Below, in pieces: positions 16,754 to 26,594 of a DNA stretch of 64,000 nucleotides; position 1 is the first letter of the stretch, and each line of letters opens with the position of its first letter. A program made the position numbers and the translations under genes. The stretch covers positions 44-64,043 of the forward strand of contig CANRDF010000002.1 of NCBI GenBank assembly GCA_947629255.1, in the 5' to 3' direction. This DNA comes from an uncultured Bacilli bacterium (GTDB lineage: Bacteria > Bacillota_I > Bacilli_A > RF39 > UBA660). The notes under the pieces were generated by a model, which worked only from the letters and a program-made list of their open reading frames with translations, did not search any database and was not told where the DNA came from.

Positions 16754-18940
16754 CTAAAATAAATCATCTAATTTCACCCAATGGTTTGAATCAGATAAAT
16801 TTGAAATATATTTATTTGTATTTATTAAAACATAAGGAATTTCATCAATGAATCTTACAATGGAAAATACTACTTTTTTGTAATTTTCAAAACATTTTTT
16901 ATTTTTTTTCAAATAATTTGATATCGCATTGTATTTGAATTCTGTATGAGGATCTATATCTCTAAATCCTTTTGTTTCTAAAATAAATAATTCATTTTCT
17001 TGCGTTATTATTAAATAATCTGGATAAAATGGCAATGTTTCAGTAATCTTCGTTTCTTGTGATTTTACATTATACAAGATAGAAAAAAATTCTTCCCCCA
17101 TATCCCCATTTTTTAACCAACATTTTATTTTTTTATTTTTTAATAAATACTTACTAAATAAATACTCTGGCTCTTTTATAATATCATTATCATATAGAAA
17201 TTGAAAATCTGGTAATTTATTATAAATATAATTATTATCCATACTATCTATATATTTATTATAATAAGATCTTTCTGGAATGGTGTATATTCTAGTCGTT
17301 CTAAATTTTAAATTTGAATTTTCGTATTTATCAATTGCATCACGAATGATTAAAGATAATTGTTCTTTATTTGCTAAAAACATTTTTCTAAACTCTTTTC
17401 TATTTATCTTTGAGCTTTCAGCAATTGAGTATAAATAATTTGATATATTAAATTTGTTATATATTTTTTTTACATAATAATAAAATTTTTCTGATATATC
17501 TTTTTCAGAAACATCAATTTGTTTTTGGGCTTCCATTTCAAATTCATTATTATAAAATTTTTCTGAATCAATATCACCATCTAATATATTTCTCGTTATT
17601 TTTACATTTTTATTTAATTTTTTTATTTCTGGCGTGATGACTTTATATAATAATTCATATAATGTTTCCCCATCAATTAATCCAGAATATTGAATTGCCA
17701 TTTTTTCTGATACTAAATTCATAGCTTTTTTTTCAGCTACAAACTCATCTTTTATGATAGACATATTTAACTCAGAACGAATCTTACTTTTTAATTTTTC
17801 ATCTACTGTAATATTGTATTTAAAATTTTCGTCATCAGTATAAATATATGCTTTATTTAATTCTTGTTCTGTGTAATGATGTAATTGAGGCATTCTCATA
17901 ATTCTACCAATTGTTTGAATATCAAATATTATACTTGATGTTTCTCTTAATCGTATTAATATTTGAGATCTAGGACAATCCCAACCAGTTGCAACGGCTT
18001 GTTTAAAAATTAGAAATTCTACATCATTATTGACAATATCTTTTAAATTTTCTGATTTATTAGAGGCTAACCATATTGCTATTTTATCTTCTTCAATCCC
18101 AAAGGCTAATAATTTATTTTTTATTTTCTCACAGTTATCAATGGATGATGATTTATCTTTATCATAAGAAGAATCGTTTTCAATTTGTATAAGACATAGA
18201 GGTATAATTTCACTACCATTTGATTTATATAATTCTTGCAAATGATTTCTTTTTTCTATTGCCTTTTTAATTAAATTATCAACAAATAAAGAATTTTTTT
18301 CTATTTTTAAATCATCGTTGATATCTACAATTGACTTAATTAATCCCTCTGCAATCACATCATCTATTTCAACATTAATATGTTTACCTATAATATCTTT
18401 AGGGGTTGCAGTTACATAAATTGTCAAAAAAGGATCTATTTTATCAATAATATTTTGTGATATTTCAGTTGTAGAAGTATCATGGGCTTCATCAATAATT
18501 AAAATCAGTTTAGAAACTCGATTATTAAGAATAAAATCTAAGCCATTGAAATCTCCATTTCTCCAGGCAATATTATTATCACTATTTAATTTTTGCCAAT
18601 CGGTAAAAACGGCATCATTACTTTTTAATTCTTGATTTACTAAGATATCTTTTAACAGCAAACAATTGATATCTGTTGACATATTAGAGATCTTTTTCAT
18701 ACTTTGTTCATCTAATTTTCCTCTTCCTGGACTAATCCAGAAAAAGACAATATCACTATTAGAATCTAAAGATTTCAGTCTTGTTATTAAAGTATTCATG
18801 TATTTCCCTAACATCATTGTTTTTCCACTACCTACAGGCGCAGAAAAAGTAATATCAATATGTTGTTCATCCATATTATTTATTGTATATCTTAATAATT
18901 CGTTTATTGCTTTTTCTTGAAATTCAAACTTTTTCATCAT
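16754..18940 (-). CDS. Type III restriction enzyme Res subunit (SF2 helicase plus C-terminal PD-(D/E)XK)
   Basis: 728 aa. Walker A APVGSGKT, DEAH-like IIDEAHD, and C-terminal PDYLII...FILETKG. Its start overlaps the mod stop (TAATG at 18940). Confidence 0.8.
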   Translation of the reverse strand: MMKKFEFQEKAINELLRYTINNMDEQHIDITFSAPVGSGKTMMLGKYMNTLITRLKSLDSNSDIVFFWISPGRGKLDEQSMKKISNMSTDINCLLLKDILVNQELKSNDAVFTDWQKLNSDNNIAWRNGDFNGLDFILNNRVSKLILIIDEAHDTSTTEISQNIIDKIDPFLTIYVTATPKDIIGKHINVEIDDVIAEGLIKSIVDINDDLKIEKNSLFVDNLIKKAIEKRNHLQELYKSNGSEIIPLCLIQIENDSSYDKDKSSSIDNCEKIKNKLLAFGIEEDKIAIWLASNKSENLKDIVNNDVEFLIFKQAVATGWDCPRSQILIRLRETSSIIFDIQTIGRIMRMPQLHHYTEQELNKAYIYTDDENFKYNITVDEKLKSKIRSELNMSIIKDEFVAEKKAMNLVSEKMAIQYSGLIDGETLYELLYKVITPEIKKLNKNVKITRNILDGDIDSEKFYNNEFEMEAQKQIDVSEKDISEKFYYYVKKIYNKFNISNYLYSIAESSKINRKEFRKMFLANKEQLSLIIRDAIDKYENSNLKFRTTRIYTIPERSYYNKYIDSMDNNYIYNKLPDFQFLYDNDIIKEPEYLFSKYLLKNKKIKCWLKNGDMGEEFFSILYNVKSQETKITETLPFYPDYLIITQENELFILETKGFRDIDPHTEFKYNAISNYLKKNKKCFENYKKVVFSIVRFIDEIPYVLINTNKYISNLSDSNHWVKLDDLF

Positions 18941-20919
18941 TAGTTAATTCCTTTCATAAAATCTTCTGGAATCCTGCCAATTTCTAAACCTAAATTCACA
19001 ATATTTGCATCATTCATATTTTCCGAACGAACATAAATTTTATAAGTATGGGCCTTAGTAATCATTGATTTTATCTTATCAATATCCTTTGTTTTTGCAA
19101 CAATTTCAGGATAAATGAATATATATTTATCATCAGAAGAAATAGTATAAAATTTTTCATAATGAGTTATTTTATTTACATCTTCTTTTAACATGATATA
19201 CGAATTTATTTCTTTCATTACTTTGTCTTTCGTATCCATTTCATCATCTTCTTTTTCAATAAGACCTACATGATAATAGAGTAAATTTTCATCGACACCA
19301 TCTATTTTTTTATTTTCTTTCGTTATTCCTTCAATAATAATATCATTATTTTTAAAAATTTTTTTTAATTCATCATATTTATTACTATTTTCCACGAATA
19401 CTGTTTCCATAGAAGATATAATATCTTTAAAATTGTTTTTTATATCTTTTAAAGTGATTTTTGTTCTATATAACTCTGTTCTTTGGTTTCCGTTAGACTT
19501 GTACCCATTTATAAAATTTGATAATCTTTTATATGTGATATTGCGACAAATACCTAACTGTTGATATTCTTCTTCCTTTTTTAATTGTTTATAATCTTCT
19601 GAATCTTTCAATGCGTAATAAGAATTCATAAAATCTTTATATTCTTTTGACTTTTTAGATAGAGGCATCTTTGGCAAAAGTCCTTTTCGTATAAGATAAT
19701 CTATTTCTACATCTTCATCCACTTCATTGTTCGTACATAAAAAGAATCTTCTACTTCCATTGTCCATTTTATTTAATTCCATGACTGCTTGGCCAGTCGT
19801 ACCAGATCCTGCAAAAAAATCTAATATGATTGCATCATTTCTAGGACACGCGATTGTTATTAATCTTTTAATTAAATCTGTAGGTTTCGGAAATGGAAAT
19901 GTAGTATCTTCTTTATTTAATTCTAAAACTTCTTTTAATTGATTTTTACCAGTAATAGAAGTATGAACATCTGTTAGAACACTGCTTTGAACATTTAGAC
20001 TTGGCCCATTCACAAACTTTTTTTCTCTTGGAACTCCATCACCATTTTTGCTAAAAAATATTTCATTATTTGCAAGTTTCTTTTCATATTCTTCCTTTGA
20101 TAAAGTCCAATTTCTAGTATATTCTTTACCAGTAGGAGTTATAATCGTATAATACTTACTTCCTGTAGTAGATTTAATACCATTTCTAGCAATATTCGCG
20201 GAAAACCAAGGGCCTCGAGGATCTTTGTCTGGATTAGAACATTCTGAAGTTAATGTTCTAATTGCAGAGTATTTTCCTAATTTAGGTGTTGATTTGTAAC
20301 AAGCAATAATATATTCATGTTCGATTCTAACAGTATTCGATGGTGTTTTTTCAAAAGAACCTTCTGATTTATCATTTAGATACCAAATATAAGATTCCAC
20401 TCGATCATAGCCAAAAATAGAATCACATAACATTCTTAAAGGTGCATGTTCAACATCATCAATACTTATAAACATAACACCATCATCTTTTAATAATTCT
20501 TTTGCTAGTTTTAATCTTTTATTCATGAAAGAAATCCATTTACTATGTTTCCATACATCATCGGGATTTACTTTTTTATCGTTGTATGAGTAATCACCAC
20601 CACGATTATAAGGTGGATCTATATAAATTACATCAATAGAATTGGTATGTGTTTGCTTTAATATTTTTAAAAATTGGTAATTGTCTGATTCCACCAAAAT
20701 ATTATTATTAATTGATTTATTAATAATACTTCTTGACTTGTCAAAAATTAAGTATGGAATGTTTTTTTCCATTAAATTGGCAATATCTTCTGGCTGATCT
20801 TCCCAAATCAAGCCAAACCTTTTACTATTTGCTTTTTTGTTTAGATCAAAAATCAAATCAATTAAATTTTCTTTAGACATGTTTGCAATATTGTTTTCAA
20901 TTTCTTTTTTACTGTTCAT
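18940..20919 (-). CDS. Type III DNA methyltransferase Mod subunit (beta-class N6A/N4C MTase)
   Basis: Motif IV IDPPYN precedes motif I DFFAGSGTT. I prefer the ATG at 20919 (MNSKKEI) because of the RBS GGGAAGAGG upstream. The ORF track extends to 20940. Confidence 0.85.
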   Translation of the reverse strand: MNSKKEIENNIANMSKENLIDLIFDLNKKANSKRFGLIWEDQPEDIANLMEKNIPYLIFDKSRSIINKSINNNILVESDNYQFLKILKQTHTNSIDVIYIDPPYNRGGDYSYNDKKVNPDDVWKHSKWISFMNKRLKLAKELLKDDGVMFISIDDVEHAPLRMLCDSIFGYDRVESYIWYLNDKSEGSFEKTPSNTVRIEHEYIIACYKSTPKLGKYSAIRTLTSECSNPDKDPRGPWFSANIARNGIKSTTGSKYYTIITPTGKEYTRNWTLSKEEYEKKLANNEIFFSKNGDGVPREKKFVNGPSLNVQSSVLTDVHTSITGKNQLKEVLELNKEDTTFPFPKPTDLIKRLITIACPRNDAIILDFFAGSGTTGQAVMELNKMDNGSRRFFLCTNNEVDEDVEIDYLIRKGLLPKMPLSKKSKEYKDFMNSYYALKDSEDYKQLKKEEEYQQLGICRNITYKRLSNFINGYKSNGNQRTELYRTKITLKDIKNNFKDIISSMETVFVENSNKYDELKKIFKNNDIIIEGITKENKKIDGVDENLLYYHVGLIEKEDDEMDTKDKVMKEINSYIMLKEDVNKITHYEKFYTISSDDKYIFIYPEIVAKTKDIDKIKSMITKAHTYKIYVRSENMNDANIVNLGLEIGRIPEDFMKGIN

Positions 20920-21037
20920 AAATACCTCTTCCCACATCATTTTATCGAAAATTATTATATCATAAAACCCATTATTTTTCTATGAATTCAAAAACATTTG
21001 TATAAAAGCAATAAAAAAGAAGTCATTTTTTTTTGAC

Positions 21038-21118
21038 TTACTTTGATTTTGATGCAACCACACAACAAGTGATATCTAAGAGTAAAATAAGAAATAAACC
21101 TATAAAAATATACCACAT
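21038..21118 (-). CDS. 26-aa hydrophobic peptide (type I toxin-like candidate)
   Basis: Not in the ORF track. AGGTGA lies 7 nt before the ATG. Sequence MWYIFIGLFLILLLDITCCVVASKSK. A hairpin AAGTCA(A9)TGACTT plus T-run follows directly. Confidence 0.3.
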   Translation of the reverse strand: MWYIFIGLFLILLLDITCCVVASKSK

Positions 21119-21184
21119 ACTTCCATCACCTAGTAATATTATGCACAATTTAGGTATAATTATTCTTTATTTTGGAAATAATAA

Positions 21185-21640
21185 CTAGTTTATATTCTTT
21201 TTACGTGAAAATAACAAAAAACTTACTATTCCAAATAAACTTCCTAAAGAATCAATGGTTACATCCCAAAAATTACCAGAACGATTTGAGATAAAAATTT
21301 GATGAAATTCATCTGTTAAAGCATAAAATATACAGAATAAAAGAATGAATAAAAGTTTTTTTTGGTTAATATTTCCATATTGTTTCCATAAATTTATCGT
21401 TAGAAATCCTAGAACCCCATATTCCGTAAAATGAGCAAGTTTGCGGATCATGAAGGAGCAAATTTCACTTGAAAGAGGAATATGTGTAAGACTTTCTAAA
21501 AACTCTAAGAGACCACCGGATAATTGAGAACTGTCTTCCCCACTCTGGGCAGAAAAGAAAAAAATAAGTAGGAGCCAAAAAAGGAAAAAACTCCAAGCAA
21601 GAATCTTTTTCCTATTCATCTGGAGTTTCCAATACTTCAT
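21185..21640 (-). CDS. VanZ-like family membrane protein
   Basis: 151 aa, 4 TM, with motifs RKLAHFTEYGVLG and DEFHQ. Confidence 0.8.
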   Translation of the reverse strand: MKYWKLQMNRKKILAWSFFLFWLLLIFFFSAQSGEDSSQLSGGLLEFLESLTHIPLSSEICSFMIRKLAHFTEYGVLGFLTINLWKQYGNINQKKLLFILLFCIFYALTDEFHQIFISNRSGNFWDVTIDSLGSLFGIVSFLLFSRKKNIN

Positions 21641-23075
21641 TTAATTTTTGAATTGCGGACTCGACAGTTTCCATTTTTGGTTCCATAACGTATAAGTTCT
21701 GTCCAGGGTAACTATACGTAGGTAAGTTTGCTCCCGTTCCATCTACATTTGCTGTTTCCATTGTCCATGATGCCATATCATTGATTTGCATCTTTACTAA
21801 ATTGGTAATTTCTTCTGATGATAAACTTGTTTCAAAAGTTCCTTCTAATGCATTTAAAATTTGGTTATAATTGGCAATTAATGTAGAAGAACTTGAAACT
21901 TTATTGATAATAAGTTGCATGACTTGTTCTTGGTTTTCGCCACGATGACGATCTCCAGAATCATAAGCATGTCGTTCTCTTGCAAAAGCGAGAGCACATC
22001 TACCACCTACAGAATTATATCCAGGATAGAATGTACATCCGTTATCTGTCCAACAATTAAATGTATAATTAACGTCAGAATAAATATTAATTCCGCCTAT
22101 GGCATCCACAAGTTTTACTACTGCATTAAAGTTTACTCTCACATAATAAGGAATTTCAATTTCAAGTAAATCTTCAATAGTACTCATTGATGCTTCAATT
22201 CCACCAATGGTTCCTGCATGAGTTAGTTTATCGCGAAGTCCCGTAGTTCCATGAATCTGTACATAATAATCTCTTGGAATATGAATCATTAATATTTTTT
22301 TCTTGACTGGATTAATCGCAAGAATAATGTTGACATCACTTAAACTTCTTGATGGTAAATAATTACTTCTTGTATCAATTCCACTTAAATAAACAACAAA
22401 TGGATCTTTCGTAACATTTAAATTTTTATCTTCTTGCTCTATCTTAATTTTAATTTCAATCGTATCAAGAACCCGAACTTCCTTTTCAAAGTCTTTGTCA
22501 TTCTCAATCATAGCATCATAATTTCCTGAATTTACGACTAAAACCATTTCTGTGTCTGTTTTTATTTGTGTTAATAATTCTACAATGTTTTCTTGATATT
22601 CAATGGCTCCATTTAATTTTTCATGAACATTTTTTTCAAATAAGTCTAAATCTTCAAAATCTTTGACAGTTTGAATGGTTTTATCTTTTACATCTTCTAA
22701 AGATTGATAAGGAGAATTTGCATTCACAACAATATTATAAATATTGACTTCATATCTTGCTTGGATCTTATCTAGAAAAGATAAGACATCATTAATTTTA
22801 AAGACTGCAAAAATTTCTAATGCAATAAATAAAACACCTATAACACTTACAGTCATTTTGATCCAAGACTTTATACTTTTCTTCATTACAATTAAGCCAT
22901 GAATTGCTAAAAATAAAACAAGGATAATCACTATTAATATAAAGTATTTCAAAGGTAAGACATTTGCTTTAAAAATGAAATATCCTAAAATAACCATCAT
23001 AATAATAGATAATCCCCATATTATTCGTGTAACTAAATTTATATTCTTCTTTCTGCTTGTTCGTTTTTTTGCCAT
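21612..23075 (-). CDS. LytR-CpsA-Psr (LCP) family glycopolymer ligase
   Basis: N-terminal TMs and an LCP core (..VNIILAINPVKKKILMIHIPRDYYV..; ..RERHAYDSGDRHRGENQ..). Start placed at ATG 23075 (MAKKRTS, RBS AAAGAGG); the GTG at 23096 is unlikely. Confidence 0.85.
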   Translation of the reverse strand: MAKKRTSRKKNINLVTRIIWGLSIIMMVILGYFIFKANVLPLKYFILIVIILVLFLAIHGLIVMKKSIKSWIKMTVSVIGVLFIALEIFAVFKINDVLSFLDKIQARYEVNIYNIVVNANSPYQSLEDVKDKTIQTVKDFEDLDLFEKNVHEKLNGAIEYQENIVELLTQIKTDTEMVLVVNSGNYDAMIENDKDFEKEVRVLDTIEIKIKIEQEDKNLNVTKDPFVVYLSGIDTRSNYLPSRSLSDVNIILAINPVKKKILMIHIPRDYYVQIHGTTGLRDKLTHAGTIGGIEASMSTIEDLLEIEIPYYVRVNFNAVVKLVDAIGGINIYSDVNYTFNCWTDNGCTFYPGYNSVGGRCALAFARERHAYDSGDRHRGENQEQVMQLIINKVSSSSTLIANYNQILNALEGTFETSLSSEEITNLVKMQINDMASWTMETANVDGTGANLPTYSYPGQNLYVMEPKMETVESAIQKLNEVLETPDE

Positions 23076-23324
23076 ATTAAGTTTACCTCTTTCCACTACC
23101 TTTTACAGTATAACATACTTTTTGCTTATTTGGGAAAAAAGTTTTATTTTACACAGTTACCTATGATATTTCTTCTACATCTATAATCATAAAATTTTTT
23201 TTAATTTTAGCTTAAGTATTTCCATAGTTTTACTCATATTATAATCTAACACAATAAAAGGTAACATACTTAATACAAAAACTTCATTTTTTTCTTTTAC
23301 ACTTACTATATAATTATATAAATC

Positions 23325-24773
23325 TTAACTTTCATTCAAAATTTGGTTTATTTTAGAAACTGCACTTGTTACAGTATTTATATCAGGAATCATAACATAG
23401 TCAACAAAGTTTGTTAAATGAACTCTCCCTTTTGAATCATTTCCAGTCACAGATTGCTGTTCGTATTGCCAATTAGGTCTCTGAATTGTATCTCGAACTA
23501 AGTCTGTGACTAATTTTTTAGAAATATTTGTAGTATATAAATCACTCATAGCTTCTAAAATACTAAAGAAATTTACTAAATTTCCTTCTTTAATAACTTT
23601 TTCCATAATGTTAATCATAATTTGTTGGCAATTCTTTTGTCTTTGACTATCTCCTCCTGGGAAAGCTTTTCTTTCTCTAGCAATTGTTAAAATTTCAATT
23701 CCAGAATAATTTCGACAACCTGCTGTTACATATAACTTTTTTCCTAAATTATCATTGTATGTTCCTATAACTAAAGAATGAGTAGTCGTGTAAGAACGGT
23801 CAGAACAAAATTCTACTCCACCTAAAGTATCCACAAGTCCTACTAAGCTTTGAGTATTAACCTTGATATAGTAATCGATATTGATACCATATAATTTTTC
23901 TAAAGATTGAATGGATGTTTGAATTCCCCAAACACCGGCATATCCAAGAATATCTTTTGCTCCATTTTTTCCAGCTAATTCAATATAATAATCTCTCGGA
24001 GTACTTGTAAGTAATATTTTATGAGTTTTTTTATTCATTGTAAGAATCAAGTTAAAGTCAGTGTACATTCCTGTAAAATCAGTACCCCCAATGTATACAT
24101 TAAAAGAATCAGCATTAGGATTCACCTCATCCGTTTGTTCTTTTACAGTAACATCAAAGGTGTAAAGAATTTCATATGATTCTGGAGTAAAATCCGTATG
24201 ATACTCTAAGAAAAACAAATATAAAGATTTCTCAACAATAACGGCAGATACTTCTTCACTTCCTAAGCCTTGAAAAGAAGATGTAAAATCATTATACTTA
24301 ATATTTTCTGTTTGTATCGTTTTATTTAAAGTGTCAAATACTTGATCAATATTTGGAATATAATCATAAAATCCAATTTTTTGACCATTTATTTCATGAA
24401 TATCATTATATTTTTGATTTAATGTAACAACATAATAAGTATTCGTATACATCCCTGTTCCTGTTCCAAATAACTTATTTAAAAATCCATTCGTCTTATC
24501 CGCATAATAAATAACAAAAACACTGAGAAGTACAAATACTATAGATAATACATAGCCAACATATTGAATTTGTTTTTTCTTATGATTTAATAAAAGACAA
24601 TTCCCTACCCATAATAAAAGTAATATAGAAAAAAAACAAAACATATAAATGAAAGGAATGATATTTAATTTATGTAAAAACAAAAATAACAACAAAATAA
24701 ATAGTAATGTAATACTAGAAAATACAAGAAATGGTATCCCAAATTTTTTCCTTATCTTTTGATTTATATTCAT
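23325..24773 (-). CDS. LCP family glycopolymer ligase (second paralog)
   Basis: 482 aa with TM N-terminus and motifs LILTMNKKTHKILLTSTPRDYY and ARERKAFPGGDSQRQKN. Confidence 0.85.
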   Translation of the reverse strand: MNINQKIRKKFGIPFLVFSSITLLFILLLFLFLHKLNIIPFIYMFCFFSILLLLWVGNCLLLNHKKKQIQYVGYVLSIVFVLLSVFVIYYADKTNGFLNKLFGTGTGMYTNTYYVVTLNQKYNDIHEINGQKIGFYDYIPNIDQVFDTLNKTIQTENIKYNDFTSSFQGLGSEEVSAVIVEKSLYLFFLEYHTDFTPESYEILYTFDVTVKEQTDEVNPNADSFNVYIGGTDFTGMYTDFNLILTMNKKTHKILLTSTPRDYYIELAGKNGAKDILGYAGVWGIQTSIQSLEKLYGINIDYYIKVNTQSLVGLVDTLGGVEFCSDRSYTTTHSLVIGTYNDNLGKKLYVTAGCRNYSGIEILTIARERKAFPGGDSQRQKNCQQIMINIMEKVIKEGNLVNFFSILEAMSDLYTTNISKKLVTDLVRDTIQRPNWQYEQQSVTGNDSKGRVHLTNFVDYVMIPDINTVTSAVSKINQILNES

Positions 24774-24931
24774 ACACTCAACTCCATCACTACCATCTTG
24801 AGTATATCATGATTTATTATCTCTTTCAAGCTACTTTAAATTGTGAAACTTTTAATTAAATAGGATTTCAACAGCTTTTACACCCTTTTTCACCCACTTT
24901 TAGAAAAATACCCATTTTTTGGGCATTTCAT

Positions 24932-24971
24932 GTAAAAAATAAGAGATAGTTTTGCTATGATGAACTATCTC
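24932..24971 (-). terminator. rho-independent terminator
   Basis: 9-bp stem GAGATAGTT/AACTATCTC (24943-24951 / 24963-24971) followed on the minus strand by TTATTTTTT. It lies just after the gene ending at 24988. Confidence 0.6.
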
Positions 24972-24987
24972 ATTTTTTTACTTAAAT

Positions 24988-25326
24988 TTATATTGCAATA
25001 CACACTACTCCAATAATAATAGAAATGACCCCTATGATTTTCTTCTTGGATATTTTTTCTTTTAAAATGAAATAAGATAAAATCATTGTCCATATATAAG
25101 TAATGGATGTCATAGGAAGCACAACAGAATAATCCAAAAATTTAAGTAAGTAAATATTTAATATAGCTGAAGATAAATATAAGAATCCTCCAATATAAAT
25201 ATTTTTATTTTTTATTAAATCAAGAATGCTTTTACTAGAAGATGCTTTTTTTAAAAATAATGAAGCTATTGCACCTAGTAAGGTCATAATAACAAGTAAA
25301 ATATAATATTTAATCATTATCTCCAC
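24988..25326 (-). CDS. small 4-TM EamA/SMR-like membrane protein (ArnE/ArnF-like flippase subunit candidate)
   Basis: 112 aa, four predicted TM helices. Paired and overlapping with a 113-aa paralog, and adjacent to a lipid-carrier-type GT2. Confidence 0.65.
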   Translation of the reverse strand: MEIMIKYYILLVIMTLLGAIASLFLKKASSSKSILDLIKNKNIYIGGFLYLSSAILNIYLLKFLDYSVVLPMTSITYIWTMILSYFILKEKISKKKIIGVISIIIGVVCIAI

Positions 25327-25651
25327 CTCCTATTAAAAATACACCAATCATAATAATGAAAATACCCACAATATCTTGCCAAAGAATAGTCTCATGTAAA
25401 ATGAGACAAGCAAACAATATAGTAAAGATATAATTGACACTTAAAATAGGTTGTAAAACAGATAATTTTCCAAACTTATATGCATATAACATTAAAAGAG
25501 CACCAAATCCATATAATCCAAAACCTAACAGTAAATAAAACAAATTGTGATTAATAGATAATTTCCAAAATAACTGTCCTAAACATACACAGAAAGAGGA
25601 CAAAATCATTAAAAAGATTCCTTTTTTATTTTTTCTTAAAGACTCTATCAT
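25310..25651 (-). CDS. small 4-TM EamA/SMR-like membrane protein (second subunit)
   Basis: 113 aa, four TM helices. 17-nt overlap with the downstream paralog. Confidence 0.65.
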   Translation of the reverse strand: MIESLRKNKKGIFLMILSSFCVCLGQLFWKLSINHNLFYLLLGFGLYGFGALLMLYAYKFGKLSVLQPILSVNYIFTILFACLILHETILWQDIVGIFIIMIGVFLIGGGDND

Positions 25652-25660
25652 GTGTGCCTC

Positions 25661-26594
25661 TTAATTTAGCTTTGTAATAGATTCAACTAAGTAGTTTGTA
25701 CGTTTGAAAATTAAATTTAAAATAATTGTTAAATACTTAATAATAATGGCAAAGATAAGAAAGATTCCAGAAAAGCCAAAGGATAAGAATAACATTGTCG
25801 TTGTCCAACCTTCTACTGGCTTTCCAGTAAAGAATACCATTAAAGTATAAATAAATACAAAAATTGCAAAAAGAAACATCAAAATTGTAAGAACAATAGA
25901 TGCTTTATAACTTACATCGGTAAATAAAATTAAAGCATCAAAAGCATTTTTCTCTCTTTCTTTTCTTAAATTTTTATCCATCCTTGCTTTATATTCTATC
26001 GTAATATCATAATAAATCGTTTCTTTAGAAAGTCCACAGCTTGCTTCAATTGCTTTACGATATGGAACAGTTTTATTTAACGAATTCATTCGATTAATAG
26101 CTCTTCTTGATAAAATTCTAAAAGTTTCTGTATCAATTTTATTTTGAGAATAGGAAAAATGATTAAATATTTTGTAAAATAGTTTTGAAGATAATTTTCT
26201 TTTTCCTTTTGGACTTGCACTTACAATATCGTATCCTTCTAATGATTTTACATAAATATCAAAGATTAATTTGGAAGAATAATCTAAATTGATTGTATCA
26301 AATTCATATACAAAATCGCCAATGGCTAAGTCCACTCCAGCACTCATAGAGAGTTCTTTTCCTTGATAGAAACTCATATTTATGACGCTACAGTTACCCC
26401 CCCCCCTTAACGTTTTTTGACCACTCTCGGATAACCTCAGAAGATTTATCTGTAGAACAATCATTCACAAAAATTAGTTCATACTTTAAAAAATGATCTT
26501 GTAATGACTGATTTAAGATATCTGCAAACTTCAAAATATTTTTTTCATCATTTCGTATATAAATCACAGCAGATATAAAATTTTTTTCTTTCAT
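25661..26594 (-). pseudogene. GT2 polyprenyl-phosphate glycosyltransferase (ArnC/GtrB/CsbB-like), frameshifted at a G10 tract
   Basis: The two ORF-track pieces (26394-26594 and 25661-26464) are the N- and C-terminal parts of one GT2 (..ISAVIYIRNDEKNI..VNDCSTD.. / ..SMSAGVDLAIGDFVYEFD.. plus 2 C-terminal TMs). They are joined only if the homopolymer is G9 or G12. Confidence 0.8.
26397..26406 (-). repeat. homopolymeric G10 (C10 on the plus strand) tract inside the GT2 coding sequence
   Basis: Counted directly: 26397-26406 are all C. The upstream frame ends AAG GGG GGG GGG TAA. Confidence 0.9.
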
